NCBI GenBank assembly: GCA_963674825.1
Contig: OY771587.1
Coordinates: 2,368,001-2,432,000 of the forward strand
Origin: Candidatus Cloacimonadales bacterium
GTDB taxonomy: Bacteria > Cloacimonadota > Cloacimonadia > Cloacimonadales > JAIOQZ01
DNA: 64,000 bases
Direction of reading: 5' to 3'
The position numbers and the translations under genes are program-made. Under the pieces are notes generated by a model. That model did no database searches and was not told the origin of the DNA. It saw only the letters and a program-made list of their open reading frames with translations. Shown here one piece after another: positions 19,162 to 29,657 of the stretch; the stretch's first letter is position 1, and each line of letters opens with the position of its first letter.

Positions 19162-20031
19162 ATGGAAAACCAGAAACAAGACGGCCTTTTACTCATTGAT
19201 AAACCATCTGGCATCAGCTCATTCGACGTCATCCGCAAGCTACGCAAGATCACTGGCATGCGCAAAATGGGGCACACCGGAACGCTCGATCCGTTCGCGA
19301 CTGGAATGCTGCCCATTCTGACCGGGAAAGCGACGCGCCTCAGCAGCATGATAACCCACAGCCGGAAATCGTACCAGGCGGTTCTGGAACTTGGTTTGCG
19401 TACCGATACCGGCGATCCCGAAGGCGAAGTTATCGAGCGAAAACCGATTCATGAAGATATGCTGGCTCCGATTGAGGCCATTCAGGGGAAAGTGCTTCAG
19501 ATAACCAGTCAGACACCGCCGGCGTATTCCGCGATCAAGGTTGACGGGAAACGCGCGTATGATCTTGCACGGCAGAAAAAAGAGGTGAAGCTGGAGCCGC
19601 GTTCCATCACAATCTACGATTTCGAGATCGAGAAGATCGAATTACCGTTGATCACCTATCGTGCTGAGGTGAGTGCCGGAACCTACATCCGCGTCCTGAG
19701 CGAAACGATCGCCGAAATGCTGGGCACCGTGGGAATGAGCCGCGAGCTACGCAGACTAACCATCGGAAGGACGTCGATCGAGCAATCGGTCACGCTGGAT
19801 GACCTTACCCCGAAAAACTGGCGAGAATACCTCCAGTCACCGCTTGCGATGATTGAAGATATTCCCGTCGTCGAGCCCAATCCCGATGAGCGCGAGCGAT
19901 TTTCGCATGGGAACGCGATTCTGGGGAAGGGTGATGATTGCGATCTGGTAATCGTGGCGCACCAGGGAGAAATATGGGGCGTCGCAAAAATCATTGACAG
20001 CAGGATCTATCCGAAGACCGTACTCTTATGA
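19162..20031 (+). CDS. truB: tRNA pseudouridine(55) synthase
   Basis: GHTGTLDPFATG, PPAYSAIKVDGKRAY and GTYIR motifs. Confidence 0.96.
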   Translation: MENQKQDGLLLIDKPSGISSFDVIRKLRKITGMRKMGHTGTLDPFATGMLPILTGKATRLSSMITHSRKSYQAVLELGLRTDTGDPEGEVIERKPIHEDMLAPIEAIQGKVLQITSQTPPAYSAIKVDGKRAYDLARQKKEVKLEPRSITIYDFEIEKIELPLITYRAEVSAGTYIRVLSETIAEMLGTVGMSRELRRLTIGRTSIEQSVTLDDLTPKNWREYLQSPLAMIEDIPVVEPNPDERERFSHGNAILGKGDDCDLVIVAHQGEIWGVAKIIDSRIYPKTVLL

Positions 20032-20960
20032 TTGATTTTCGTGGAGATTACAAGCTATTGAAATACCCGGTGGTCACCACCGGAACCTTTGACGGTATCC
20101 ATCTTGGGCACCGCAAGCTACTTAATGAGTGCATCCGAATCGCGCGCGAACGAGGTGGCGAATCGGTCGTTATCACATACTTCCATCATCCGCTCGAAAT
20201 CCTGCACGAGAAGACGTTTCCTTATCTGCTCACCGAAAAGAGTCGTAAGGAGAATCTTTTGCGCGAGATCGGCATCGATTGTGTCGGCTACCTGAACTTC
20301 AATCGTCGCATGGCCAGTATGTCACCCATGGAATTCCTGGAGAGGGTGCTGGTCGAGAGTGTCGGCATGAAAGAAATCGTGGTGGGCTACGACACCCATT
20401 TCGGTCGGGGACGAGAAGGTAATTACCAATTCTTGAAAGAGCACCAGGAGCATTTTGGTTACAAAGCTCATCTGGTGGAACCACTGGAGATCGATGGAGA
20501 CTTGGTCAGCAGCAGCCGAATCCGGGATTTAATCCGCGATGGCGTGGTCGATAAGGCTGGAGAGCTGATGGGCAGGAACTACACATTATTGGGTATCGTG
20601 ATCTCCGGGAAGCGTATCGGACGCGAGCTGGGCTTTCCCACCATCAACATCATGCCGCTGGACGAGCACAAGCTGATCCCGGGAACCGGCGTTTATCTGA
20701 GCCGTACTACTTTACATGGAAAGACCTGGGATTCGCTGACCAATATTGGGACAAATCCGTCGGTAAAGACAGACGATCATCTGGTGATCGAAACGCATCT
20801 TCTCAATTTCGATGGAAACCTCTACGGCAAGAAGGTAGGAATTGAATTCTTGCGTAGAATCCGCAACGAAGTGAAATTTGACACCCGTGAAGAACTGATT
20901 CAAGCTATCCGTGGGGATGTCGATACAGCAAGAGGATACTTTCGCCGGGAGCGGTCATGA
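20028..20960 (+). CDS. ribF: Riboflavin kinase/FAD synthetase
   Basis: GTFDGIHLGH, VSSSRIR, GFPTIN and IETH motifs. Confidence 0.95.
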   Translation: MIDFRGDYKLLKYPVVTTGTFDGIHLGHRKLLNECIRIARERGGESVVITYFHHPLEILHEKTFPYLLTEKSRKENLLREIGIDCVGYLNFNRRMASMSPMEFLERVLVESVGMKEIVVGYDTHFGRGREGNYQFLKEHQEHFGYKAHLVEPLEIDGDLVSSSRIRDLIRDGVVDKAGELMGRNYTLLGIVISGKRIGRELGFPTINIMPLDEHKLIPGTGVYLSRTTLHGKTWDSLTNIGTNPSVKTDDHLVIETHLLNFDGNLYGKKVGIEFLRRIRNEVKFDTREELIQAIRGDVDTARGYFRRERS

Positions 20961-21946
20961 GGGAATTACTGCTTGCGTTGCATAAATCAATTGTGGATTT
21001 CTACCGGTTTGCGCGCTCGCAGAGACTTAAGTCCGCACTTCTTCTAACTCTGAGTGGGATGTTCAACGGCTGGAACGGCTTCCAGTTTCTTTTCTTCGGC
21101 AGCTTCATGTTTGTTTTCGTGAACCGACTCAGCTTCTTCCGCTGGTTTTTCCAGCTATCGCTTGATGTCCGGCATCTGATCCCGATAACCGTATTTCATT
21201 TTGTGACAATTCTGCTCATCTTCTGGTTCTTGCACTGCGTGGGTGAGGTATATTTGAATGCGCTTCTGATGCGGAGACGGATGACCTATGGACAGGTGCT
21301 GCGGGTAACGATGAACTTCGCGATCCCGGGCCTTATGACGATCCTCTTCTTCTTTTTCCTGGCGGGTATCATCTGGAACGGAATCTACATCGGCTACCGC
21401 ATCGCATTGTCGATCGGCTTCAATCAGGATTTTTCCTTTTGGCGTTGGGGCATTTATCTGGGAACTGTCGCGCTGTTATTCTCGATGTACTTCATGATGA
21501 TCGTAACCGATATGGTGATTCCACTAATGATGCACGGGTATTCATACAGTAAGTCGCTGGTGCGCACTGTCCGCATGATGCGCTCCAATTCGTACGAATT
21601 CCTTGCGATCTATTCGCTCAGAGTATTTTCCGTTGTTATCTCGACATTAGTATATATCATGTTTTTCCGATATGTGCTCTTCCCACTTATGGTGAAGATT
21701 TCGCCTGATTACTATTTTAATCCGTTGATTGTGCTGCGGGATATATCAAGCCTGAAGGACGCAATGCTAAACAATATAACGATGACCTTGTTTATGCTAT
21801 TCAGTCTGGTGGTGGGCATTCCTTTTTTTTTACCGCTCTATACTGTGCATAAGGTTATCCTGGACAAGATGATCGATTTTCCGCTGTTTCGAATGAAGAA
21901 AGACCAACCGACCGAGGACGAGACCGATGGAACAGTTCGTATGTAG
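20957..21946 (+). CDS. Hypothetical polytopic membrane protein
   Basis: 329-aa ORF with about 7 hydrophobic segments; overlaps both ribF and radA. Confidence 0.7.
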   Translation: MRELLLALHKSIVDFYRFARSQRLKSALLLTLSGMFNGWNGFQFLFFGSFMFVFVNRLSFFRWFFQLSLDVRHLIPITVFHFVTILLIFWFLHCVGEVYLNALLMRRRMTYGQVLRVTMNFAIPGLMTILFFFFLAGIIWNGIYIGYRIALSIGFNQDFSFWRWGIYLGTVALLFSMYFMMIVTDMVIPLMMHGYSYSKSLVRTVRMMRSNSYEFLAIYSLRVFSVVISTLVYIMFFRYVLFPLMVKISPDYYFNPLIVLRDISSLKDAMLNNITMTLFMLFSLVVGIPFFLPLYTVHKVILDKMIDFPLFRMKKDQPTEDETDGTVRM

Positions 21947-23252
21947 TGAATGTGGAGCCGAAACACCCAAATGGGAAGGACGCTGCCCAACTTGCGGTGC
22001 ATGGAACTCGCTGAAAGAGACCGCGCGAATCGTGGGCAAGTCGTCGAAGAAGAGCATCTCGATTCCAGGTGAGAAGCAAAAAGCGATCAAGCTCGAAGAT
22101 ATTGATGATGCGGTGCTAACACGCACGAAGACCGGTATCGGTGAATTCGACGTGGTGCTGGGCGGTGGAATTGTGTCTGGCATGGCTGGTCTGATCGGCG
22201 GCGATCCGGGTATCGGCAAGTCAACACTCATGATGCAGGTTGCCGATCGGGTTCCGGGTACGTTGTACGTCTCGGGTGAGGAGAGTTTGCAGCAGATCAA
22301 GCTGCGTGCCGGAAGGCTGAGCGTGAAATCGGATTCGCTGCACCTGCTTTGTTCCACCGATGCCAACGCGGTAACGGAGGAAATCCTGCGCTTGAAACCG
22401 CCGCTTGTGATCATTGATTCGATTCAGTCGATCGGCGGTGCGCTGGAGGGATCTTCCGCGGGAAGCGTCTCGCAGGTTCGCGAGGTTACCGGGCTCCTGG
22501 TGCGGCTTGCAAAAACCACCGGGACAGCGATCATGCTGATCGGACATGTGACCAAAGATGGCTCCGTGGCTGGCCCGAAGATCATCGAGCATATGGTGGA
22601 TACGGTTCTCTATTTTGAGGGCGATCTGCCGTATCGAATGCTTCGCGCTGTGAAGAATCGCTTTGGCTCGACCAACGAGATCGGGATTTTCGAGATGCGC
22701 GCGGATGGCCTGGCCGAGGTTAAGAATCCGTCAGTACTTTTTGTGGAGCATTTTCAGCCCAATCCGGGCATTGCAGTAGGATGCGTTCTGGAAGGGTCCA
22801 GACCGTTCCTCGTGGAAGCCCAGACGTTGGTTACAGCGGCGAACTACGGCACATCGCAACGCGTGAGTATCGGATACGACTCGAAAAAGCTCGCGGTTAT
22901 GCTGGCTGTTCTGGAAAAATTCCTCTCCATCAGCCTTCGGCAAAACGACATCTTCGTCAACCTCATCGGTGGCATACGTTCGGGTGATACCAGCCTCGAT
23001 CTTGCTGTGATGGCATCCGTGCTCTCCAGCGCACGCGAAGTGGTATTACCTCCCAAGACACTCTTTCTGGGTGAAGTAGGCCTCAGCGGCGAAATCAGGC
23101 CTGTCTCGCAGTACGAAAAGCGCATCAACGAGGCAGCCAAGCACGGATACGAGCAGGTATACGTCGCAAAGAACGCACATAGCGGTATCAAGGGCGCCAA
23201 GCTTCAGCGCATCGGCCACATCGCCGATCTCTATTCGCTTTTGTTCAGCTGA
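21927..23252 (+). CDS. radA: DNA repair protein RadA/Sms
   Basis: CSECG...CPTCGAWN zinc finger, GDPGIGKST and KNRFG motifs. Confidence 0.96.
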   Translation: MEQFVCSECGAETPKWEGRCPTCGAWNSLKETARIVGKSSKKSISIPGEKQKAIKLEDIDDAVLTRTKTGIGEFDVVLGGGIVSGMAGLIGGDPGIGKSTLMMQVADRVPGTLYVSGEESLQQIKLRAGRLSVKSDSLHLLCSTDANAVTEEILRLKPPLVIIDSIQSIGGALEGSSAGSVSQVREVTGLLVRLAKTTGTAIMLIGHVTKDGSVAGPKIIEHMVDTVLYFEGDLPYRMLRAVKNRFGSTNEIGIFEMRADGLAEVKNPSVLFVEHFQPNPGIAVGCVLEGSRPFLVEAQTLVTAANYGTSQRVSIGYDSKKLAVMLAVLEKFLSISLRQNDIFVNLIGGIRSGDTSLDLAVMASVLSSAREVVLPPKTLFLGEVGLSGEIRPVSQYEKRINEAAKHGYEQVYVAKNAHSGIKGAKLQRIGHIADLYSLLFS

Positions 23253-24223
23253 GCCTTCCACTCCTCCAGAATCGCCTGTTCGCTTTCAATCGGGAACCGC
23301 TTCTCGAAGTAATTCTTACCACTTTCGTGATACCACGTCACCGTGTCTCTGATCGTCTCTTCGATGGGGCGTAACCGCAATCCAGCTTTCAGTGCTTTTG
23401 TCCCGTTCACTTCATCCAGGCCCTCATAACCGCTGTCGGGTTCAATCATGTTCCAGAGCGGGTATTGGTGCTTCTCGATGATCTTGTTATCGACGTAGTG
23501 GATGATCGTGTCGGTGTCGAATACGCCTTTACAGCTTTCCATGATACCGCCAAGGGTGGTCTTTACTTCAGGACCCACCGCGTTGAACGTACCTGTAATG
23601 CTTTCTTCCACCAGATGGAAACACCAACGGGCGAGATCACGCACGTCGATAAACTGGAAAGGTGTGTTTGGATTCGCTGGCAGTACCATCTCACCGCCGA
23701 GTGAGTACTTGATGGGCAGATAGCCAAAGCGATAGGAGTAATCCCATGGCCCGACGATCAATCCTGGACGGATGATGATGGCACGATCGCCGAAGTGCTT
23801 CTGGACCATTCGTTCACATGCACCCTTGAGTGGCCCGTAGTTTGCGCCGTCGATCTGCTCGGGTCGTTCCCCTTCGAATACATCAATCTCGTCTTCTTCG
23901 GTAATGCCGATCTTGCTCAAGGTATGGTATGCGGAGACGGACGAGATGAAGATGTAGCATCCAGCGCGGTCTTTCAACAGGCTGGCGGAGAGGTCGGTTT
24001 GCTGGGGGAAGTAGCCGCAGGTATCGATGACAGCATCCCATTGTTCATCGGGCAGCAGGTTGAGGTCGCTGTCGCGATCTCCGTGGATCTGCCGGACGTC
24101 GGTGAAGAGGTTCGGCCTTGATTTTCCGCGGTTGAAGAGGGTGATGTCGTGGTCGTTTTCGATAGCGAATTCGGTAATGCTTCTACCCAGGAAGTGGGTA
24201 CCGCCGATAACGAGTAGTTTCAT
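23231..24223 (-). CDS. NAD-dependent epimerase/dehydratase (isoflavone reductase-like)
   Basis: GGTHFLG, FNRG, YGPLK..CE, RPGLIVGP and QFIDVRDLA motifs. Confidence 0.87.
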   Translation of the reverse strand: MKLLVIGGTHFLGRSITEFAIENDHDITLFNRGKSRPNLFTDVRQIHGDRDSDLNLLPDEQWDAVIDTCGYFPQQTDLSASLLKDRAGCYIFISSVSAYHTLSKIGITEEDEIDVFEGERPEQIDGANYGPLKGACERMVQKHFGDRAIIIRPGLIVGPWDYSYRFGYLPIKYSLGGEMVLPANPNTPFQFIDVRDLARWCFHLVEESITGTFNAVGPEVKTTLGGIMESCKGVFDTDTIIHYVDNKIIEKHQYPLWNMIEPDSGYEGLDEVNGTKALKAGLRLRPIEETIRDTVTWYHESGKNYFEKRFPIESEQAILEEWKAQLNKSE

Positions 24224-24361
24224 AAGTCGCTCCGTTTAGTTGATTTCCGGGACAGTTCATGGAATCTATCTTTGGAGGCTATCTGTCAAGGATTCCATTA
24301 AATTACCTTGACATCCGTCGAAGAAATGCAAGAAGAATAATAACCGGCAAAAGGAGAGCCT

Positions 24362-24904
24362 ATGAAGATCATCGTATTGCATGGCAGTCCGCGCATAGGT
24401 GGTGATTCCGATACGCTTGCGCAGGCGTTTCTCGATGAGATGCAGCAGCAGACTGACTACCAGATCGAACATTTTTATCTGAACAACATGAACATCACGC
24501 CCTGCCAGGGATGTCAGTCGTGCTTAACAAAGCTCCAATGCCGCCTTACGGATGATATGCAGCGGATCTACGACGCCTTTCCATCCGCGGATTTGGTCGT
24601 ATGGGCTACGCCGATGTACTGGGGCTACATGACCGCGCAAATGAAGCTCGCTCTGGACCGCATGGAAGCGCTGGTTTGTGCCGATGGCTGGAAGGGCAAG
24701 AATTTCGTAGTGTTTCTCACCTACCACAGCCACGTTCAATCAACCGTTAGCTTCTTCGAACGGGTATGTCCATTTTTCGAGACAGAGCTGCACATCGTCA
24801 CCTGCCACACGATCAAGGACAACGAGCACATTCCTGCCGCCGAGATGCCAGAAAAATTGCAGGAGTGCCGGGACCTGGCGAAAAAGCTTGCTGGAGGTAA
24901 TTGA
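24362..24904 (+). CDS. Flavodoxin-fold iron-sulfur flavoprotein
   Basis: GSPR, CQGCQSC....C...DDM and ATPMYW motifs. Confidence 0.85.
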   Translation: MKIIVLHGSPRIGGDSDTLAQAFLDEMQQQTDYQIEHFYLNNMNITPCQGCQSCLTKLQCRLTDDMQRIYDAFPSADLVVWATPMYWGYMTAQMKLALDRMEALVCADGWKGKNFVVFLTYHSHVQSTVSFFERVCPFFETELHIVTCHTIKDNEHIPAAEMPEKLQECRDLAKKLAGGN

Positions 24905-25734
24905 TGGAAATGGCGAAAAAGCTGCTCAAGGCGTTTCTCTTGCGCATCGTGCCGTCGATATTGGCGATTGGTGTTATCCTCGCGATTGTGAAGTGGGTTG
25001 TCATTGCTCTCCTACCCGAGTCGATAATATCTGCTGAGCAGAACCGGATGATACGGTTTTCTATCAGCACGCCGATTCTGATCGTGATATATGTGCTGGA
25101 GAGACGATATTGGTTTAAAACGTTCCCGCTTAAGATGAGCTGGAGGCAGCAAATCTCGCTGTTCGGTGGATACTTCGTATCTGCAGCGTTAGTACTTTGT
25201 GTAGTGACATTGATACTACTGGTTTCTTGCTTGATCTTGATTGAAAGCCGACCTGTGGGATGCGCAGGAATATCTTATATAATGATCGTGATGATTTTTA
25301 CGGTTTTGCTGGAAGAGGTGATTTTCCGTGGCATCTTCTATGGAGAACTTCGTAAAGTAGTATCGTGGAAGATACTGGTACCCTTAGTCGGTGTGATCTT
25401 TGGTCTGGTGCACATAGCCAACAGCGGTACGAATTTCTTCAGCGTGTTTTCGGCGACTTTGGGTGGGGTAATTCTCAGCCTGATGTACGAGCGATACCGT
25501 AGCATTGTAGCGCCGTACGCGTTTCACCTTGGCTGGAATGTTTATCAGGCTGTGATCGGGTCATCGGTTTCGGGAACGGAGTTTGCCAGCTACACACCGA
25601 TGGTGATGAAATTCAATGGCCCGTATATTCTTACCGGTAGCCCCGGCGGCTTGGAAAGCTCAGTGATTACATTGATCTTCTTGATCCTGCTCACCGGTTG
25701 GCTCGTGCGGGGGTGTATACGAGATGCAAAATAA
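24904..25734 (+). CDS. CPBP/CAAX-Abi intramembrane metalloprotease
   Basis: EEVIFRG, FGLVH and FHLGWN motifs; multiple TM segments. Confidence 0.85.
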   Translation: MEMAKKLLKAFLLRIVPSILAIGVILAIVKWVVIALLPESIISAEQNRMIRFSISTPILIVIYVLERRYWFKTFPLKMSWRQQISLFGGYFVSAALVLCVVTLILLVSCLILIESRPVGCAGISYIMIVMIFTVLLEEVIFRGIFYGELRKVVSWKILVPLVGVIFGLVHIANSGTNFFSVFSATLGGVILSLMYERYRSIVAPYAFHLGWNVYQAVIGSSVSGTEFASYTPMVMKFNGPYILTGSPGGLESSVITLIFLILLTGWLVRGCIRDAK

Positions 25735-25760
25735 AAAAACCTCCCCGAGTTAGGGGAGGT
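25733..25760 (-). terminator. Intrinsic terminator between convergent genes
   Basis: Minus strand acctcccc-taactc-ggggaggt followed by a T tract. Confidence 0.8.
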
Positions 25761-25782
25761 CCATGAATAGAATAAATATCGA

Positions 25783-26886
25783 TCAATACAGACAAATCTC
25801 CGACTCTGCGTCGAAGAAGTGCACCTTTTTCATATCAACGGTCACGCGGAACTTGGCATCTACCTGTGGCATGCGCTTGGGATCGAGCCGTGCAGTGAAC
25901 TTGTCCTCGCCTGCTTTAAGGTAAACGATGAACTCGTTCCCCATCGGTTCTACCACTTCGCAGATGGTGTCGAGCTGGTGCGGGACTTCTGCCATGGAGT
26001 CGAAATCCGAGTCGTAAACATCTTCCGGACGCACACCCATGATCACATCTTTGCCCTTGAGCGGCTTGAGCTTCTCGATCTGCTCCGGTGTAGGTTCGAG
26101 GGTGATGGAGTCATTTGAGTAGAGCAGTTTGCCGTCTTTTTCGATCACTTTGCCGCGCGAGAGGTTGATGGCCGGGCTGCCAATGAAGCCGGCAACAAAC
26201 AGATTCACGGGGTGGTTGTATATTTCCAGCGGAGAAGCGATCTGCTGGATGATTCCCTTGTCCATGACGACGATCTTGTCGCCCATGGTCATAGCTTCGA
26301 CCTGGTCGTGTGTCACGTAAATGATGGTGGTGGCGAGTTTACGATGCAATTTGGTGATTTCGGTACGCATTTGCACGCGGAGCTTGGCGTCGAGGTTTGA
26401 AAGCGGTTCGTCGAAGAGGAATACCTTCGGGTTACGCACGATGGCACGTCCAAGCGCGACACGCTGACGTTGACCGCCAGAGAGCTGTTTCGGTTTACGT
26501 TCGAGCAGGTCTTCAATTCCGAGCAGTTCGGCGGCTTCATTTACCTGCTTATCGATATCGTGTTTGGACCATCCCCGGAGTTTCAGCGCGAATGCCATGT
26601 TCTGATATACAGTCATGTGCGGATAGAGTGCGTAGTTCTGGAATACCATCGCGATGTCGCGATCCTTGGGCGGAACGTCGTTAACGCGCTTCTCGCCGAT
26701 GTTGATATCGCCGGAAGAGATGTCTTCCAGTCCAGCAATCATACGGAGCGTAGTTGTTTTACCGCAGCCGGAAGGACCGACCAGAATGACGAATTCCTTA
26801 TCTTCAGCCACGAAATTGGCTTTCTTCACTGCATGAAAGCCATTATCGTAGATTTTATCAACGTTATTTACCGTAACCTTTGCCAT
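25783..26886 (-). CDS. Carbohydrate ABC transporter ATPase (MalK/MsmK/UgpC family), orphan
   Basis: GPSGCGKTT, MVFQNYALYPHM, LSGGQRQRVALGRA and DEPLSNLDA motifs; TOBE-like tail. Confidence 0.93.
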   Translation of the reverse strand: MAKVTVNNVDKIYDNGFHAVKKANFVAEDKEFVILVGPSGCGKTTTLRMIAGLEDISSGDINIGEKRVNDVPPKDRDIAMVFQNYALYPHMTVYQNMAFALKLRGWSKHDIDKQVNEAAELLGIEDLLERKPKQLSGGQRQRVALGRAIVRNPKVFLFDEPLSNLDAKLRVQMRTEITKLHRKLATTIIYVTHDQVEAMTMGDKIVVMDKGIIQQIASPLEIYNHPVNLFVAGFIGSPAINLSRGKVIEKDGKLLYSNDSITLEPTPEQIEKLKPLKGKDVIMGVRPEDVYDSDFDSMAEVPHQLDTICEVVEPMGNEFIVYLKAGEDKFTARLDPKRMPQVDAKFRVTVDMKKVHFFDAESEICLY

Positions 26887-27005
26887 GGGAGCCTCTTCAT
26901 GTTTTGATTACTTTCAGACTCTTTTCTGCAAGTTGTTTGTCAAGAATATTTTCTGTGAAGGTGTTGTAAACCATTTGAAAATCCACAAACTCGAACCTGA
27001 ACAAT

Positions 27006-27034
27006 AAAAAACGCCGGACGATTTGTCCGGCGTT
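27006..27034 (-). terminator. Intrinsic terminator
   Basis: Minus strand aacgccggaca-aat-cgtccggcgtt followed by a T tract. Confidence 0.8.
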
Positions 27035-27053
27035 CTATCTAATCGAGTATCGA

Positions 27054-29525
27054 TTAATCGTTTTGAGTCATGATATCATCGACCATCTTAAGGAGCATTT
27101 CCTTAGCTTGGTCTTGATCCATGTAGATCATCGGGAAGCCGACAAGGTAGCATGTCTGCTGTACACCAACCTGATCTTCGACTGTGCGCTTGAAGCGAAG
27201 CACGTTCGGACGGTTGTTGTAAGCTGCGTACTCGGTGTCGTCCGGGCTGTAATTATCAGTACCCGGTTCTTTCACGATGGTGTTGTAGAGGACTTCTACG
27301 CCATTCTGGAAGTTTCCGTTGTTGAAGAACGAGATTGCTCCAATACCGGCGCGAGGTGTGATAAGCGGAGAGATTGCTGACCAGTTACCTTCAGGATTGA
27401 CCATAACTTCGGGCCAGTCGCTGTTGACAGGAGCAGCACCGGTGAAATACGGTTTCTCGATAACGCTGCCGGGGATGATTCTGATACCGTCGGAAGCGTC
27501 GGTTTCGTTTGCGGAAAGACCGAAGTAATCTTCAAGAATCGGATAGCCTTCGGATTTAACCTTGTCGTAAACGTTCGCGAGGTTTGCACCACCGATGATG
27601 ATGATATTACCGCCACTTCTCAGGTAGAGATTCATGACGTCGTATTCTCTGGTGAAGTTGTTCTTGTTGGTTTTAGGCGGATTTTCCACGTGCCAGATAA
27701 CCAGTTTGTATTTCTGGAGATCGGTTGGTGAAAGGACGTCCTTACTGAAGTGCAATTGGTCATCCCATACGGTGTTTTCGAGAAGTTCGAGATCGAGAAC
27801 TTCAAGCGGAGAGATGCCAGAGAAGTAGTTTTCATAGTATGGTGTCACGATCGAGTCGGGGCTGAACACGTTGTTGCGTTCGTCATCGATGATCAGGATA
27901 CCTTCTTTGTCGCTATAGGTAAGTGCTTCGTCCAGCTTGAATGAGAACTCTGTGGGGGTTGGATCAGCAACGCCCTGAAGGTCGATCGCGCGGACTTCGA
28001 AGCGATGGAACGATTCCGAGTTGAACGGATCGGTTGCTTCGAGGTTAACGAGCGTAACATTCTGAGCGTAGGTATTGTTCACATAGAAGCGGGTCCACCG
28101 GTCGCCGGTATCCGGATCCGTGTAAATATAGTCTGCTGGATTACCGAAGAGCGGGCTCTGGTAAGGAGCGTCGTTCAGGCGGACATCGAAGTACATGATT
28201 TCGCTAAGGTAGTTCACACCGGTTTGTTCATCCAGAACCACATCGAGTTTCTTGTCACGCGGGTTGTTATCGGTGAATTCGCCGACGAATCCCCATGACA
28301 TGTGAATCTGAAGGTCTTCGCTGTGAAGCGCAACCAGGCGTCCGTGCTGATCGATGAACAGCGGCGTGGAGTACTGGTTACCGGTAAGCGTTGTGCGGTA
28401 AGGAATCACGATACCGAGGCTGGCGTCCTGGTAGTCCACGAAGTGGTTGTCACCAAGAGCGAAGATATCGTAGTTATATACAAGCGTTCCGGGATAGAAG
28501 CCTTCTTTCACGCGGAAGTCTTTGTATGCGATATGAGATTCGAGACCAGCTTCATCGACACCAATAGTCTGGATACGTGTCAGGTAGTCATCGGTTCCGA
28601 AGTCAATAAGCGGCGGTGTGTAGGTGCCATCACCGGTAAGAACCTGGCGAGAGATGGTACCATTGTCGTATGCGACAAACCACATGGTTGTATCCGGGTA
28701 GTTCTCGTCCGGTACGTAGTTGCCGTCTGTATCGACCTTGTAGAGTTTATATTTGAACTCAGCCGGGCCATTGGCGATGTACGGATCATCATCGACCATC
28801 GAGAAAGAGAAGCGAACGCCAGTACCGACGTCTTTATAGACGGTTTCGCCACTATCTTCGTCGAGATAGGAAAGCTCGCCTTTCGTCGTGCTGATGAAGG
28901 TCTCGGGCTTAATGGAATAGGTGAAGAAATATTTGCTGACGACTTCGCTCTGAGCGTCGCGATCATCGACACATTTCACTTCGAACTTGTACGGTATGTT
29001 CGTAGCTGGATCGTTAATGTAGCTTACATAAACGATCGTATCGACGGTTGTGCTGTCCTGCGTTACAACAGTGTCTTTGATGATCTGCTGTGAGATGCTG
29101 GCAGGGAAGCGAATCGTAGCAGAAGGTCTGCTTGTCCAGATGGTGCTGACAGACGGATCGCCCAGCGGGTGAGTCACATCGTTTTCATTTGCGCCATCTT
29201 TATAATGGTAGATCCAACCATCGGCATCCATAACGGTGTAACCGTACGTTTCAACTGGATTTCCCTCATCATCCAGTACGCGGAACGCATAGCCGTCGAT
29301 GACGCCGTCTGTGTCATATCCTTCCCAATAAATGGTTTGCTGATAAAGCAGCGTGTCGGAATACACATTCGAGTCATCAATCGAGCCGTTGTATGACGTC
29401 AATTGAATAGTTGGTGCTTGATTGTTCTTAAGTGACCCCTTTGAGTGGTCACATGAGGTTAGTATAATCAGACCTGCAATCGTGATCAGTGCCAGAACAA
29501 ACAATTTGCTGGTTATACCACGCAT
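27054..29525 (-). CDS. Large acidic putative lipoprotein with repeated Ig/FN3-like modules
   Basis: GGAGG before ATG 29525; lipobox LTS-C; three copies of an (F/I).(V/T)..(V/I)D.... motif. Confidence 0.75.
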   Translation of the reverse strand: MRGITSKLFVLALITIAGLIILTSCDHSKGSLKNNQAPTIQLTSYNGSIDDSNVYSDTLLYQQTIYWEGYDTDGVIDGYAFRVLDDEGNPVETYGYTVMDADGWIYHYKDGANENDVTHPLGDPSVSTIWTSRPSATIRFPASISQQIIKDTVVTQDSTTVDTIVYVSYINDPATNIPYKFEVKCVDDRDAQSEVVSKYFFTYSIKPETFISTTKGELSYLDEDSGETVYKDVGTGVRFSFSMVDDDPYIANGPAEFKYKLYKVDTDGNYVPDENYPDTTMWFVAYDNGTISRQVLTGDGTYTPPLIDFGTDDYLTRIQTIGVDEAGLESHIAYKDFRVKEGFYPGTLVYNYDIFALGDNHFVDYQDASLGIVIPYRTTLTGNQYSTPLFIDQHGRLVALHSEDLQIHMSWGFVGEFTDNNPRDKKLDVVLDEQTGVNYLSEIMYFDVRLNDAPYQSPLFGNPADYIYTDPDTGDRWTRFYVNNTYAQNVTLVNLEATDPFNSESFHRFEVRAIDLQGVADPTPTEFSFKLDEALTYSDKEGILIIDDERNNVFSPDSIVTPYYENYFSGISPLEVLDLELLENTVWDDQLHFSKDVLSPTDLQKYKLVIWHVENPPKTNKNNFTREYDVMNLYLRSGGNIIIIGGANLANVYDKVKSEGYPILEDYFGLSANETDASDGIRIIPGSVIEKPYFTGAAPVNSDWPEVMVNPEGNWSAISPLITPRAGIGAISFFNNGNFQNGVEVLYNTIVKEPGTDNYSPDDTEYAAYNNRPNVLRFKRTVEDQVGVQQTCYLVGFPMIYMDQDQAKEMLLKMVDDIMTQND

Positions 29526-29657
29526 ATTTCCTCCAATCCCCTTATAATGTTTGTCTAAGTTCGTTTGCCAACGGTAATCCGTCAACAAAAAATCCCAAAT
29601 TACTCATATTTTTTCTTTACCGAGGCTTGACTCAATTCCTCGAAAATCCTTTATGCC

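Noticed and set aside
23231..23252. Convergent 3' overlaps (radA/epimerase; also nfo/GH31 at 58939-58963)
   Set aside because: Short tail-to-tail overlaps are common in compact genomes, and both partners look intact.
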